A stretch of 36,784 nt of DNA from Candidatus Binatia bacterium. GTDB taxonomy: Bacteria > Desulfobacterota > Binatia > Bin18. Below the pieces are notes generated by a model. It did not search any database. It saw only the letters and a program-made list of their open reading frames with translations, and was not told the DNA's origin. The position numbers were made by a program, and so were the translations under genes. The stretch covers positions 1 to 36,784 of the forward strand of contig JBGPOI010000003.1 in the NCBI GenBank assembly GCA_041487975.1. Direction: 5' to 3'. Below, piece after piece: positions 1-9,200 of this stretch (position 1 is its first letter; each line of letters opens with the position of its first letter).

Positions 1-236
1 AACTTTTCGACCTCAGGGTCAGAGATCATGTCAGGCATATATGCACGCTGGCGAGCGGCAGATGTGGCGCGCGGGGCGGCGCCCGTCCACCTCATTGGGG
101 CCAGAGCTGGGTATCCTGCTCGGGCCAGTCCTCCCTGTCGAGAGGGATTATCAGATGCGCGGAAAAGACTAAACTGGGAAGCGAAACGCTTTGCCAGGAG
201 AGAACCTGGGGGAGGTTCGTCGAAGGTTTTTCCCAT
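1..236 (-). CDS. possible 5' part of a hypothetical protein running off the left edge
   Basis: ATG at 236 on the minus strand with GGAGG about 11 nt upstream; the frame stays open to position 1 (MGKTFDEPPPGSLLAKRF...MPDMISDPEVEK). No recognisable motif. Confidence 0.3.
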   Translation of the reverse strand, partial: MGKTFDEPPPGSLLAKRFASQFSLFRASDNPSRQGGLARAGYPALAPMRWTGAAPRATSAARQRAYMPDMISDPEVEK

Positions 237-496
237 AATGCTAATGACCTCCAGTGTATAGAGAAAAACACGCACCGAGGCAAGGAGTCGCGGCGCTTTC
301 CCTCCCTCCCCACTCGCTTTGTTACTAGGGCGTTACCCGCCACCGCTTGGAATGGATGGATTTTTCGTGTATTCTGTGTAGTCAAAACAGCAGCAGGACA
401 CAGCCGAACCAGAGGCTTATCCCTCCTCACGACCGAACATCTCGTTTTCCCATCGCACGCTTGTTCTCGTCAGGAGTCCTATTGACGGAGAGGAAT

Positions 497-2563
497 ATGT
501 CTATCCCGTTGGAAAGAATTCGTAACATCGGCATCGTGGCGCACGTAGATAGCGGTAAGACCACAGTGAGCGAGCGCGTCCTGTACTACACCGGCGTCTC
601 GCACAAGATCGGTGAAGTGCACGAAGGCACTACGGTCACCGATTGGATGCCCCAAGAACGTGAGCGCGGTATCACTATCACCGCCGCCGCGATTACCTGT
701 GATTGGCAAGGCCATCAAATCAACATCATCGACACCCCAGGACACGTCGATTTCACCACCGAGGTCGAGCGGAGCCTGCGGGTGCTGGACGGCGCAGTTG
801 TGGTCTTCTGTGGGGTCGGCGGAGTCGAACCGCAATCCGAGACCGTCTGGCACCAGGCCGACAAGTATCGGGTGCCGCGAGTGGTCTTCATCAATAAGCT
901 GGACCGGGTGGGCTCCGATTTTCACGGAGTCGTCAAACAGATCACGCACCGGCTCGGCGCCAAACCGTTGCTACTGCAACTGCCACTCGGCAAGGAGGAA
1001 ACCTTCCGTGGAGTGATCGACCTGCTGCGCCAGAAGGCCATCGTCTGGGAAGAGGACACTCTGGGTGCGCGGTTCCACGAGGAAGCGATCCCAGCCGAGA
1101 TGGCCGAAGAGGTCGCTCACTACCGCGAGCAATTGATTGAGACCGTAGCCGACGCCGACGATATCCTGCTCGAGCGCTATCTCGCCGGTGAAGTGTTGAG
1201 CGAGGAGGAAATTGCCGCGGCGATTCGCAAGAAGACGCAAGAGATGGACCTGTTTCCAGTCGTGTGTGGCACCGCCTTGCGCAACAAAGGCGTGCAGCCG
1301 TTACTTGACACCATCGTGGCCTACCTCCCACCGCCAACCAAACCTGTGAAAGGGACGACACCGGATGGAGAACCACGCGAGTGGCAGGTCACCGATGCGG
1401 TCCGCGCCGCCCTGGCGTTTAAGACCATGCACGATCCCTATTCCGGGCAATTGACTTTTCTCCGTCTCTACAGCGGCAGCCTGCGGACTGGAGACATGGT
1501 CTTCAACCCACGGACCAGACAAACTGAGCGGGTCGGCCGGCTGGTGCGCATGCACGCTAATAAGAAGGAAGACATCGAGGAGGCCACAGCGGGCGACATC
1601 GTCGCCGCCGTCGGGCTGCGGAACTTCACTACCGGGGACACGATCACCGACCGTGAGAAGCCCGTGCTGCTGGAGGCTATTACCTTCAAAGAACCGGTAA
1701 TCTCACTGGCGATCGAGCCGAAAACCAAGACCGACTCCGAGAAGCTGGGCTTGGCCCTGCAGCGCCTCGCTTCCGAAGACCCGACCTTAGTGATCAATAC
1801 CAATCCGGAGACGGCGCAGACGATCCTCTCCGGCATGGGCGAATTGCACCTGGAGATCATTATCGACCGCCTGGTGCGTGAGTTCAAAGTGGCGGTCAGC
1901 ACCGGCGTGCCACAAGTGGCGTACCGCGAAACCATCACTCGTCCGGCCGAAGCCGAAGGCAAATACATCCGCCAGTCCGGCGGTCGCGGCCAGTATGGGC
2001 ACGTCTATTTGAAAATCGAGCCCAACGAAAACAAGGGCCTAGTCTTCATTAACGAGATCAAAGGCGGTGCGATTCCCAGAGAGTATTTCACCCCGATCGA
2101 GAAAGGCGTCCGCGAAGCGGCGCAGAGTGGCGTAACGTACGGGTATCAGGTGCTCAACACCACGGTGACCCTGTATGACGGCAGCTACCACGAGGTCGAT
2201 TCGTCGGAAATAGCCTTCCACCTGGCCGGTTCGATCGGCTTCAAGGAAGCCGTGAAGAAAGCCAAACCCGTCCTGCTGGAGCCGGTGATGAAAGTCGAAG
2301 TCGTCGTCCTGGAAGAGTACATGGGAGTGGTGATGGGCGACCTGCAATCGCGACGCGGCAAGGTCACCGAACTCGGCGAGCGCAGCACCGGTCTGCGCAC
2401 CATTACCGCCCACGTCCCTCTCGCGACCATGTTCGGCTATGCCACCGTCATCCGCTCGCTTACCCAAGGGCGGGCAACCTACACCATGGAATTCGACCAC
2501 TACGCTCGCGTTCCCGAACACATGGTGGACGAAGCCCTGGGACGGAAAAAAGAAGAGTTCTGA
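497..2563 (+). CDS. fusA: elongation factor G (stand-alone copy)
   Basis: [66 protein letters not shown] and [10 protein letters not shown] motifs. ATG 497 follows a GGAGAGGA RBS; the ORF-track start at 347 is over-extended. Confidence 0.97.
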   Translation: MSIPLERIRNIGIVAHVDSGKTTVSERVLYYTGVSHKIGEVHEGTTVTDWMPQERERGITITAAAITCDWQGHQINIIDTPGHVDFTTEVERSLRVLDGAVVVFCGVGGVEPQSETVWHQADKYRVPRVVFINKLDRVGSDFHGVVKQITHRLGAKPLLLQLPLGKEETFRGVIDLLRQKAIVWEEDTLGARFHEEAIPAEMAEEVAHYREQLIETVADADDILLERYLAGEVLSEEEIAAAIRKKTQEMDLFPVVCGTALRNKGVQPLLDTIVAYLPPPTKPVKGTTPDGEPREWQVTDAVRAALAFKTMHDPYSGQLTFLRLYSGSLRTGDMVFNPRTRQTERVGRLVRMHANKKEDIEEATAGDIVAAVGLRNFTTGDTITDREKPVLLEAITFKEPVISLAIEPKTKTDSEKLGLALQRLASEDPTLVINTNPETAQTILSGMGELHLEIIIDRLVREFKVAVSTGVPQVAYRETITRPAEAEGKYIRQSGGRGQYGHVYLKIEPNENKGLVFINEIKGGAIPREYFTPIEKGVREAAQSGVTYGYQVLNTTVTLYDGSYHEVDSSEIAFHLAGSIGFKEAVKKAKPVLLEPVMKVEVVVLEEYMGVVMGDLQSRRGKVTELGERSTGLRTITAHVPLATMFGYATVIRSLTQGRATYTMEFDHYARVPEHMVDEALGRKKEEF

Positions 2564-2605
2564 AGTTCGGCGTCCAACCGCTAATCAGCGGCTAGGGAGA
2601 GGAGA

Positions 2606-2636
2606 AGGGTGGGCAGTGCTCACCCTCTTTTTCTTT
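2606..2636 (+). terminator. intrinsic terminator after fusA
   Basis: AGGGTGGGC-AGT-GCTCACCCT hairpin followed by CTTTTTCTTT. Confidence 0.7.
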
Positions 2637-2711
2637 CACTGGGAACCACGTTTGCACCTCGAGGATACCGCAACAAGTTCACGCAAGCGGTGGCGCACGA
2701 GTTTGCCAGGA

Positions 2712-4370
2712 TCACTCGATGTATCCCAAATCTCTGAGGCGTTCTTCAATCTGACGCGCTTCCCCGGCATCAAGCCCTGTCGTCGCAGAGAGGCCGGTGC
2801 TGGTGGGCGACCCGAGCTGCACTGGCTGGGTGCTGAGGTGCTCCCCGGTAAAGAGGTCGGTTAGGACCTTGCCGTCCATATCGCTGGGAATGGGCTGACC
2901 TTGCAAGTACAGAATCGTCGGCGCGATATCGTAATGCGTCGCGTTGGCCACTGTCGCGCCCCGTTTGATGGACGGCCCGCACGCGATCAGGATGCCCTCT
3001 GAGCGATGAACGCCATACCACCCTTGCCCGAGTCCACCGCGAGGTGGTGGTTCGATCACGATGGACTGGCCGTTCGCGTGATAGCCTAATCCATTTCTCA
3101 TCACTGTCTCGTCCCACTCAATCACTAAATCAGCTGCCTGTTCCGCATACGGTCCACGATAGAGATCTTCGCGTCGATAGATACCGCGAATGAGACGGTC
3201 AGCGGAGAGCGGATCCGTCAAGCCCCATAAGATCTCCCGCACCTCTTCTCGCAGGCGCTCATAGTCCCGGTCTGGGACTATACCTTCCGGTTGCCGCCCC
3301 TGGAGATTGATATAAACTCGACCTCCAATTGGACTGGCGAATACTCGAGTTTGCGACCATTCGATTCCTCCATAGGTAGACTCAGTGACGGCCTGGAGGC
3401 GAATTTTCGGCAAGGCCTGAGCTAGATGGAGTTGCAGTCGGGGGGGAAGGTATCGTCGCCCGAAAAGCAAGAGGTGCTTGAGCACCTTGCCCGTCAAGCG
3501 ATTTCCCCCTTTGCGGTACCGGAGGAATCCCAAGCGTGCTAAGAGCGCGTTCAATCCACCCCAGTTTGAGCGTAGCGGTCCAAATCCGTGATCGGACAGC
3601 ACCAGCACCGTTGTGTTCGCATCAATATGTCTGAGCACCTCGCCCAGCTGCGCGTCAATGTGTTGATAGAGTTGGCGCAGAGGTATCCAGCCGGGATGCT
3701 CAGCAGAGACCGGCTCGTGTGGCCAGTAGTAATGCTGCATGCGGTCCGTGGCGACAAAGACAGCCATCACCGCGTCCCAGGGATAGCTCTCCATCAAGTA
3801 CAGGAGAGCGCGGGCACGGGCCTCCACCATCTGTTTCACTGACAGTGGCATCTGCCGAGGCGCCCGTTGGCTTACCTCTTTCAGGTTTGCGACATCAATG
3901 ACGTAGTCGATGCCAACGCGCCGTAGCTGGTCGTACAGGCCAGGAGGATGGGTAAAGCCAGGGCTGTGGATGCCAGGTGTGTCCATGCCGCTCAACATAA
4001 AACCATTGATGGGGTCGGCTGGGTAACTGATGGGGACGTTGATGACGCCGACTGTTTGCCCGGCTGCGCTGAGTAAGCGCCAGAATGGGTCTTTGCGGCG
4101 ATCGGCGGCCGTAATCGGGTGCCACGTCTGACCACGCTGGGACGGGGCGTCGCCAAAATCATAGACGCCGTGCTGGCCGGGGTTATAACCGGTAACGATG
4201 GAACTCCAGGCGGCAGCGCTGTTCATATTGGGCCAGGCCGGCAAGCGTCCGTGAACACCGTGTTCCATCAGCTTGGTCAAGTGGGGCAGATACCCCGCCT
4301 GCGCCCAGGGCGTGACGAGGTCAAACGTCGCGCCATCCAGACCAATAATAAGGGTGCGTGTTCTACTCAT
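2712..4370 (-). CDS. alkaline phosphatase superfamily protein (type I phosphodiesterase/nucleotide pyrophosphatase-like)
   Basis: IIGLDGATFD, SAAAWSSIVTGYNPGQHGVYDF, LSDHGFG, GVHRSEGILI, DIAPTIL and C-terminal ERLRDLGYIE. Start taken at MSRTRTLIIG. Confidence 0.88.
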   Translation of the reverse strand: MSRTRTLIIGLDGATFDLVTPWAQAGYLPHLTKLMEHGVHGRLPAWPNMNSAAAWSSIVTGYNPGQHGVYDFGDAPSQRGQTWHPITAADRRKDPFWRLLSAAGQTVGVINVPISYPADPINGFMLSGMDTPGIHSPGFTHPPGLYDQLRRVGIDYVIDVANLKEVSQRAPRQMPLSVKQMVEARARALLYLMESYPWDAVMAVFVATDRMQHYYWPHEPVSAEHPGWIPLRQLYQHIDAQLGEVLRHIDANTTVLVLSDHGFGPLRSNWGGLNALLARLGFLRYRKGGNRLTGKVLKHLLLFGRRYLPPRLQLHLAQALPKIRLQAVTESTYGGIEWSQTRVFASPIGGRVYINLQGRQPEGIVPDRDYERLREEVREILWGLTDPLSADRLIRGIYRREDLYRGPYAEQAADLVIEWDETVMRNGLGYHANGQSIVIEPPPRGGLGQGWYGVHRSEGILIACGPSIKRGATVANATHYDIAPTILYLQGQPIPSDMDGKVLTDLFTGEHLSTQPVQLGSPTSTGLSATTGLDAGEARQIEERLRDLGYIE

Positions 4371-4384
4371 AGAAGTGGGACCTT

Positions 4385-5269
4385 TCACCTGCGCAGCGGG
4401 CGAATCCCTAGCGATTCGGGATCCGGCAAATCCCGGGCCGCCGGCTCGAGCCGGCAATAGTCGGCGAAAGTCATCAGTTCAGGATTGGTCCAGAATTTAT
4501 CCACGATTTGCCGGTATGGCGAAGTTGGGTTTTTCTCTAACTGATAGACACCACTCCCCCGATCTTTTTTCATCCCCTTCACGTGAAAAAAGAGAAACCC
4601 AACGAATGAATGGATCAACCAGCGGGTGCGCAAGACTTCAACTCGGGGATGATGACGAAAGGTGTGTCGGCTGCCTACCGGCCAAAAGCCGATGTCTCGC
4701 TTCCCCCCAACGCTGGGTCTGGGCTTGAGCACATAAATCTTGCCATCCTCATCCCACAAATTAACACCGCTGAACCACCAATAGCCGCGCTTCCACGGTG
4801 ACCGCCACCAGGACAGCGTTCCAGGTTTGCTGCGCCGCAACCGATCCACTACTCGTCCCAGGGGCTCCGGTGCGGCGATCGTATCACCGTCCCACTTAAC
4901 ACACACTTGATACGAGGCCTTGCTCAAGGCAAAGTTGTAGTAATACACTAAACTGCTCAGGTGGTGAGCCGGAAGGGTGCGGTGTTGATCGCTGCCTTGC
5001 GGAAACACTTCAGGTACATAGTGAAAAGCCTTAACTCGCTGGGGTTCGCACTTGGCAAATTTCTCAACGATTTCCGGGGTGCGATCAGTGCACTGGTTAT
5101 ACACGATGACGAACTCGTCAAAGAAGGGCAGGATGGAGTTGAGAGCTGCTTCGACAAAGTCTTCCTCGTTCCTCAAGCGCAATATCGCAGAGATTCCACA
5201 CTTCTTTCTGCCGGGAGAGAAATCTTCTGGAGTGAAAGTTGGGTGCTGCACGGTTTCAATCATAGACAA
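4385..5269 (-). CDS. GT-A fold glycosyltransferase (GT2/CgtA-like)
   Basis: ISAILRLRNEEDFVEAALNSILPFFDEFVIVYNQCTDRT N-terminus and a KWDGD DxD motif. Confidence 0.75.
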   Translation of the reverse strand: MSMIETVQHPTFTPEDFSPGRKKCGISAILRLRNEEDFVEAALNSILPFFDEFVIVYNQCTDRTPEIVEKFAKCEPQRVKAFHYVPEVFPQGSDQHRTLPAHHLSSLVYYYNFALSKASYQVCVKWDGDTIAAPEPLGRVVDRLRRSKPGTLSWWRSPWKRGYWWFSGVNLWDEDGKIYVLKPRPSVGGKRDIGFWPVGSRHTFRHHPRVEVLRTRWLIHSFVGFLFFHVKGMKKDRGSGVYQLEKNPTSPYRQIVDKFWTNPELMTFADYCRLEPAARDLPDPESLGIRPLRR

Positions 5270-5340
5270 AGAATTCTTTCACACAGCTTGAGAGAAAGTG
5301 AGGCATGACAAGAAGTGATTCCTGTCAATAGACCGCGCCA

Positions 5341-6594
5341 TCAGGCCCTTCCCAATGCGAGACCGCGAGCCGTGGCGATCTCAGAGATCAGCGCAAAGTA
5401 CCGCGCCAAGTGAGCTTCCACCGTCCAGTGCTGTTGGGAAGCTTGGTAGCCCTGCTGGCCCAGTTCGCGTCGGGCTGACGGATTCGCCAACAGGCGCTCT
5501 ATCGCCGCTACCAGTTCCTCCTCTGTATCATAGGCGCATCCGCCGCCGCTGGCTGAGATCACCTCCGGCATCCCTCCCAAGTTCCTCGCTATGACCGGTG
5601 TTCCCTCGCTGAAGGCCTCAAGTATCACCAGAGGGAACACCTCGAAACAAAGCGACGGAACAATCACCGCCACGGCTTTTCGGTACAAGGTCTGCAGTTG
5701 TTCACCCGACTGGTAGCCGAGGAAGTGGATGTTGGGGCTGCCTTGGGCTAATTCTCGCAACCGGGACTCGTAGCTTCCCGTGCCAGCGATTAATAACCGA
5801 GCTTTGCCGTAGCGAGCGAAGACAGGGATGAGCGTCTGCAGGCCTTTGACCTTCTCCATTCTCCCCACAAACAGAAAATACGGCTCCCTGGTTGTGCCGT
5901 CCATTGCTGGCGCGGATGTTGGCGGCGCCGCCTGAGTCGATGGCATAAAACTCGGCAGATGTGCGACGCGGGCGTCGAACCCTCGCTGACGGTGTAGGTC
6001 TTGACTGAAGCGGCTCGGACTGAGAAAGGCATCCACATGTTTGACCGCGGCTTTCAGCAGGCCGGAGTACCGCCACCACTGCGGCGGACGCTTGTCGGTC
6101 AGTTGACAGGCGAAGCAATACGGCTGCACGCAGGGCGCTCGATTGAAGCGAAACAGCACATGCGTGGGGCAGATCAACCAGTACTCGTGCATGGTGTAGA
6201 GCTTGATCCCCTGCCCATATTCTAGGATTTTCGGCCCGCCGACCAGTGAGATGTTGTGATAGTGGATGACGTCAAAGCCCTTGGCGAGAATCTGCCGGAT
6301 ACGGGTCGCTTTGAAGAACGGGAAGCCCGTCTGTTGCGTGGCCAGCGGAGAAAGAAAGCCGAACGGGCTCTGCAGCCCGTGTACCGTCACCTTGGCATGA
6401 TCGTCATAAGTCCCGGCTGGTTCCTCGCGCGTCAACAGGCGGTAGGCATCGATGCAGTGGATCACCTCCACCTGATGCCCACGCTGCGCCAGCTCGTTGG
6501 ATAGCTGGTGCACAAAGATTCCATCCCCGCCAAAGTTGTAGGGAGGATAGAAGGTGGTGATCATACAAAAACGGAGAGGGCGATCCGTCATCAT
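5341..6594 (-). CDS. glycosyltransferase family 4 (GT-B)
   Basis: MITTFYPPYNFGGDG, FLFVGRMEKVKG and VPSLCFEVFPLVILEAF (EX7E). The ATG overlaps the upstream stop (ATGA at 6594-6591). Confidence 0.9.
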   Translation of the reverse strand: MMTDRPLRFCMITTFYPPYNFGGDGIFVHQLSNELAQRGHQVEVIHCIDAYRLLTREEPAGTYDDHAKVTVHGLQSPFGFLSPLATQQTGFPFFKATRIRQILAKGFDVIHYHNISLVGGPKILEYGQGIKLYTMHEYWLICPTHVLFRFNRAPCVQPYCFACQLTDKRPPQWWRYSGLLKAAVKHVDAFLSPSRFSQDLHRQRGFDARVAHLPSFMPSTQAAPPTSAPAMDGTTREPYFLFVGRMEKVKGLQTLIPVFARYGKARLLIAGTGSYESRLRELAQGSPNIHFLGYQSGEQLQTLYRKAVAVIVPSLCFEVFPLVILEAFSEGTPVIARNLGGMPEVISASGGGCAYDTEEELVAAIERLLANPSARRELGQQGYQASQQHWTVEAHLARYFALISEIATARGLALGRA

Positions 6595-7486
6595 GACCAA
6601 TCCGTTGTCAGGTTCTTCTGGGCCCAATTCTGCACCATTTGCAGCAGGTGGTCCTGCCCCCACAGCAACGTGAACGTGTGATTCACGCCAGCAACGACTT
6701 CCATCGGCAATAACCCAGATTCCTGCCATTTCCGCACTTCACCACCGAGAACTACAGAGAGGTAGTCCAGGCTCTCATCGCCCTCGGAATAGATATGGAG
6801 CAGACGAACGCCACGCTCAGCAAGTAACCGCAGCGCGTCTGTCGCAGCGGTAACCTCGCTCAACCTATTCTCTTTACGCCCCCACAGGCTTCTTAATCCG
6901 GAGCCAATCACCGTCGGTAAGATCCTGCGATAGTCAACTCTCCCGGTCAGTGCTTTCCAGCAGTTCTTCGCGCGAAATGAGCTAGAGAAGATGATTCGCC
7001 AATAATGACGGGCGAGAGTGCGAGTTTTCATCGAGGTCTGCAACCCATCCGTATCGTCATGGAGATGCCCGCGAGGATTGATTAGGATAGCGCCGACCAC
7101 GCGCGGATCGCTGCACGCAGTGTGAAACGAGATTGTGGCCCCTGAACAAATGCCCGTGAGCACGAATCGCTCGCTGCCTCTGGTGGCCCCCAAGTAGTCC
7201 ATAGCTTCTTGAGTCTCGCTGATGGCGCTCTGGCGGAACGGTAGCGTATCGTCACGCACGGGGCTATCCCCGATCCCGGAGAAGTCAAAGCGCAATACCA
7301 CGAACCCCATCGCCGCCAAAGTTCTCGCCATTTTGACGTACAGACGATTCGGACCGACGCGGTGGATGATGCCGGCATTCAAACAGACAATGGCCGGAAG
7401 CTGCGGTTTTTTTTTGCTTCTGGCGGGTCGCTGATGATCCCTACCAAATATCCCATTTTGCCAAACAGCACCGCCTCCTCTCTCAC
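6591..7486 (-). pseudogene. alpha/beta-hydrolase with Cys nucleophile (exosortase-associated 'hydrolase 1'-like); frameshifted at an A9 run
   Basis: GTG 7486 (GTGA overlap, GGAGG RBS) reads MREEAVLFGKMGYLVGIISDPPEAKK. The body, KPQLPAIVCLNAGIIHRVGPNRLYV..RFDFSGIGDS..TGICSGA..NHTFT, is in the -1 frame after the A9 tract (7407-7415). Confidence 0.75.
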
Positions 7487-8292
7487 GAGTACACCTCCGC
7501 GAGCCAAGCAACGACAGACTGGAGGACTTGATGTGGCACCAGGACCTCGCCCAAGTCTTCTCGCCAGACCCAGAACTGAGGATAGGGAAGATGCTGATAG
7601 CTCACGTAAGCGTCCAACTGCTGCAGATGCTCTAGCAATCGTCGCTCACCGGCCTTTTCCTGGCTTTCGATCACGAGGAGATGCTTGGCTGGTTTCTGCG
7701 GCAGGGTTGCAAGATCTATGCTCTCAAGTTCCGTCAGCAGGCCCTTCGTGAGAGGGAATCCCAGTATTTCCGTCTGTGTTTCATCGGCTTGGGGCTTCTG
7801 CTGCACATGCGCGCGTCGCAGCATTTCCTGATGCAAGAGTTTCAACTCCGCAACGTAGGCTTTGCCGCTGACCACCGGGTCCCAAAGAACCATCCCATCA
7901 ATGTCTCCTCGCCCACTTCCGACCATCAGCGACAGCGTCCCTCCTAAGCGCAGGCCAACCAAACAAATCCGCACCATACCGCTCCTGCGGCGGATTTCAG
8001 CAACAGCCGTGGCAATATCGGTCAGCCACTGCTGCACAGCTGTCTCTGCGCTGTCGCCGCTCGAATCGCCGCAGCCATAGAGGTCAAAGCGCAGAACAGG
8101 AAAGCCGATCTGAGAGAGGCGGACGGCCAACTGACGATAGGCACGGTGGAAGCGGATGTATTCGTCCCCCAGCGGATGGCAGAACACCACAGCGCAATCT
8201 CGAGGGGGTGCCGATTGTGGCCTATGGTAGCAACCAAAGAGGGGTCGGCTAGGCGTACCGAAGTAGAAGGGGGCTATTTTTTCTCTAGGCAT
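7483..8292 (-). CDS. alpha/beta-hydrolase fold protein lacking the nucleophile (exosortase-associated 'hydrolase 2'-like)
   Basis: PFYFGTPSRPLFGCYH, RFDLYGCGDSSGD, LVGLRLGG (Arg where the nucleophile normally sits) and LWDPVVSGKAY. Confidence 0.82.
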   Translation of the reverse strand: MPREKIAPFYFGTPSRPLFGCYHRPQSAPPRDCAVVFCHPLGDEYIRFHRAYRQLAVRLSQIGFPVLRFDLYGCGDSSGDSAETAVQQWLTDIATAVAEIRRRSGMVRICLVGLRLGGTLSLMVGSGRGDIDGMVLWDPVVSGKAYVAELKLLHQEMLRRAHVQQKPQADETQTEILGFPLTKGLLTELESIDLATLPQKPAKHLLVIESQEKAGERRLLEHLQQLDAYVSYQHLPYPQFWVWREDLGEVLVPHQVLQSVVAWLAEVYS

Positions 8293-8329
8293 GTGAAAAG
8301 GCGCCGAACCGCTCTGCCGATCGGCAGAT

Positions 8330-9157
8330 TTAGCGGGGACGAAAAACCAGCGTCGGACACCGCTCTGCCAGTTCATACTGGGCAACATGCACGGCGATGG
8401 CTTCGAAACGATCGGACAAAGTCGTCTGTACTTCCCCCAGCGTTGGAAACGAAAAGCGGGTATCATCATTCACAACTGTCGGGTGAATCGCCTCTGCCGG
8501 CCATCCGGTCTGCGCCGCTACCATGTCCCGGTCAATGTCAGCGTCCCTCCAGGCCTGCCAGAAACCGTCCGCGCGGACGCCCTCGCGCGGGTCCTCCTGC
8601 AGAGCCATCGTCAACCGCCACCTGAACACATGAAAAGATCCGATTCGTCCGGCTTTCAAGTCCCGGAAAACAGCTTGCGGCTTCTCACTGGCTTCGGGTC
8701 GCACGAAGAACCGCATGAGGAGCAGGCCCGGCTTCTGTAAAACCTGTTGCAGCGACGCCGCGAGGGTGCGATACCCGTCGGGATATGGCATGCAGCTAAA
8801 ACAACCATCTCCGACCACGAGATCAAACCAAACATCGGCCTGCGGCAGCCTCAGCCAATCGCCCCGCTCAGCCCTGCGCCGACCCGCAATATCACCCGGC
8901 CAGACCAAGTGTAGCATCGCTTCGTTCTGATCAATGGCCAAGAGTTCCGTTCCCTCCGGCCATGCCATATGCGCAATTTCAGGCGTAACCCCACACAGCA
9001 GGGCTTTGCGGCTCCCGCTTGAACCATTGACGTGCCAGGCAGCCACAACCTCTTCCATGATCTTGGTATCGTCCTGACCGGGACGCAAGGGCGAGCCTAT
9101 CCGCTGAAAGTTTCGTGCCTGTCGATCCCAGTGGACGCGCTCACTTTCCCTACACAT
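8330..9157 (-). CDS. class I SAM-dependent methyltransferase-like protein
   Basis: HW..GSPLRP, LLCGVTPE (degenerate motif I), LAIDQN, GDWLRLP, FDLVVGDG and LQKPGLLLMR. Start inferred at MCRESE. Confidence 0.7.
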   Translation of the reverse strand: MCRESERVHWDRQARNFQRIGSPLRPGQDDTKIMEEVVAAWHVNGSSGSRKALLCGVTPEIAHMAWPEGTELLAIDQNEAMLHLVWPGDIAGRRRAERGDWLRLPQADVWFDLVVGDGCFSCMPYPDGYRTLAASLQQVLQKPGLLLMRFFVRPEASEKPQAVFRDLKAGRIGSFHVFRWRLTMALQEDPREGVRADGFWQAWRDADIDRDMVAAQTGWPAEAIHPTVVNDDTRFSFPTLGEVQTTLSDRFEAIAVHVAQYELAERCPTLVFRPR

Positions 9158-9200
9158 ACAGCGCTCTTCCTTCTCTCCACGTATTCGAGCTGATTGGTAG

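Noticed and set aside
347-496. 50-aa N-terminal extension of EF-G in the ORF track
   Set aside because: No EF-G similarity, and a good RBS precedes ATG 497.
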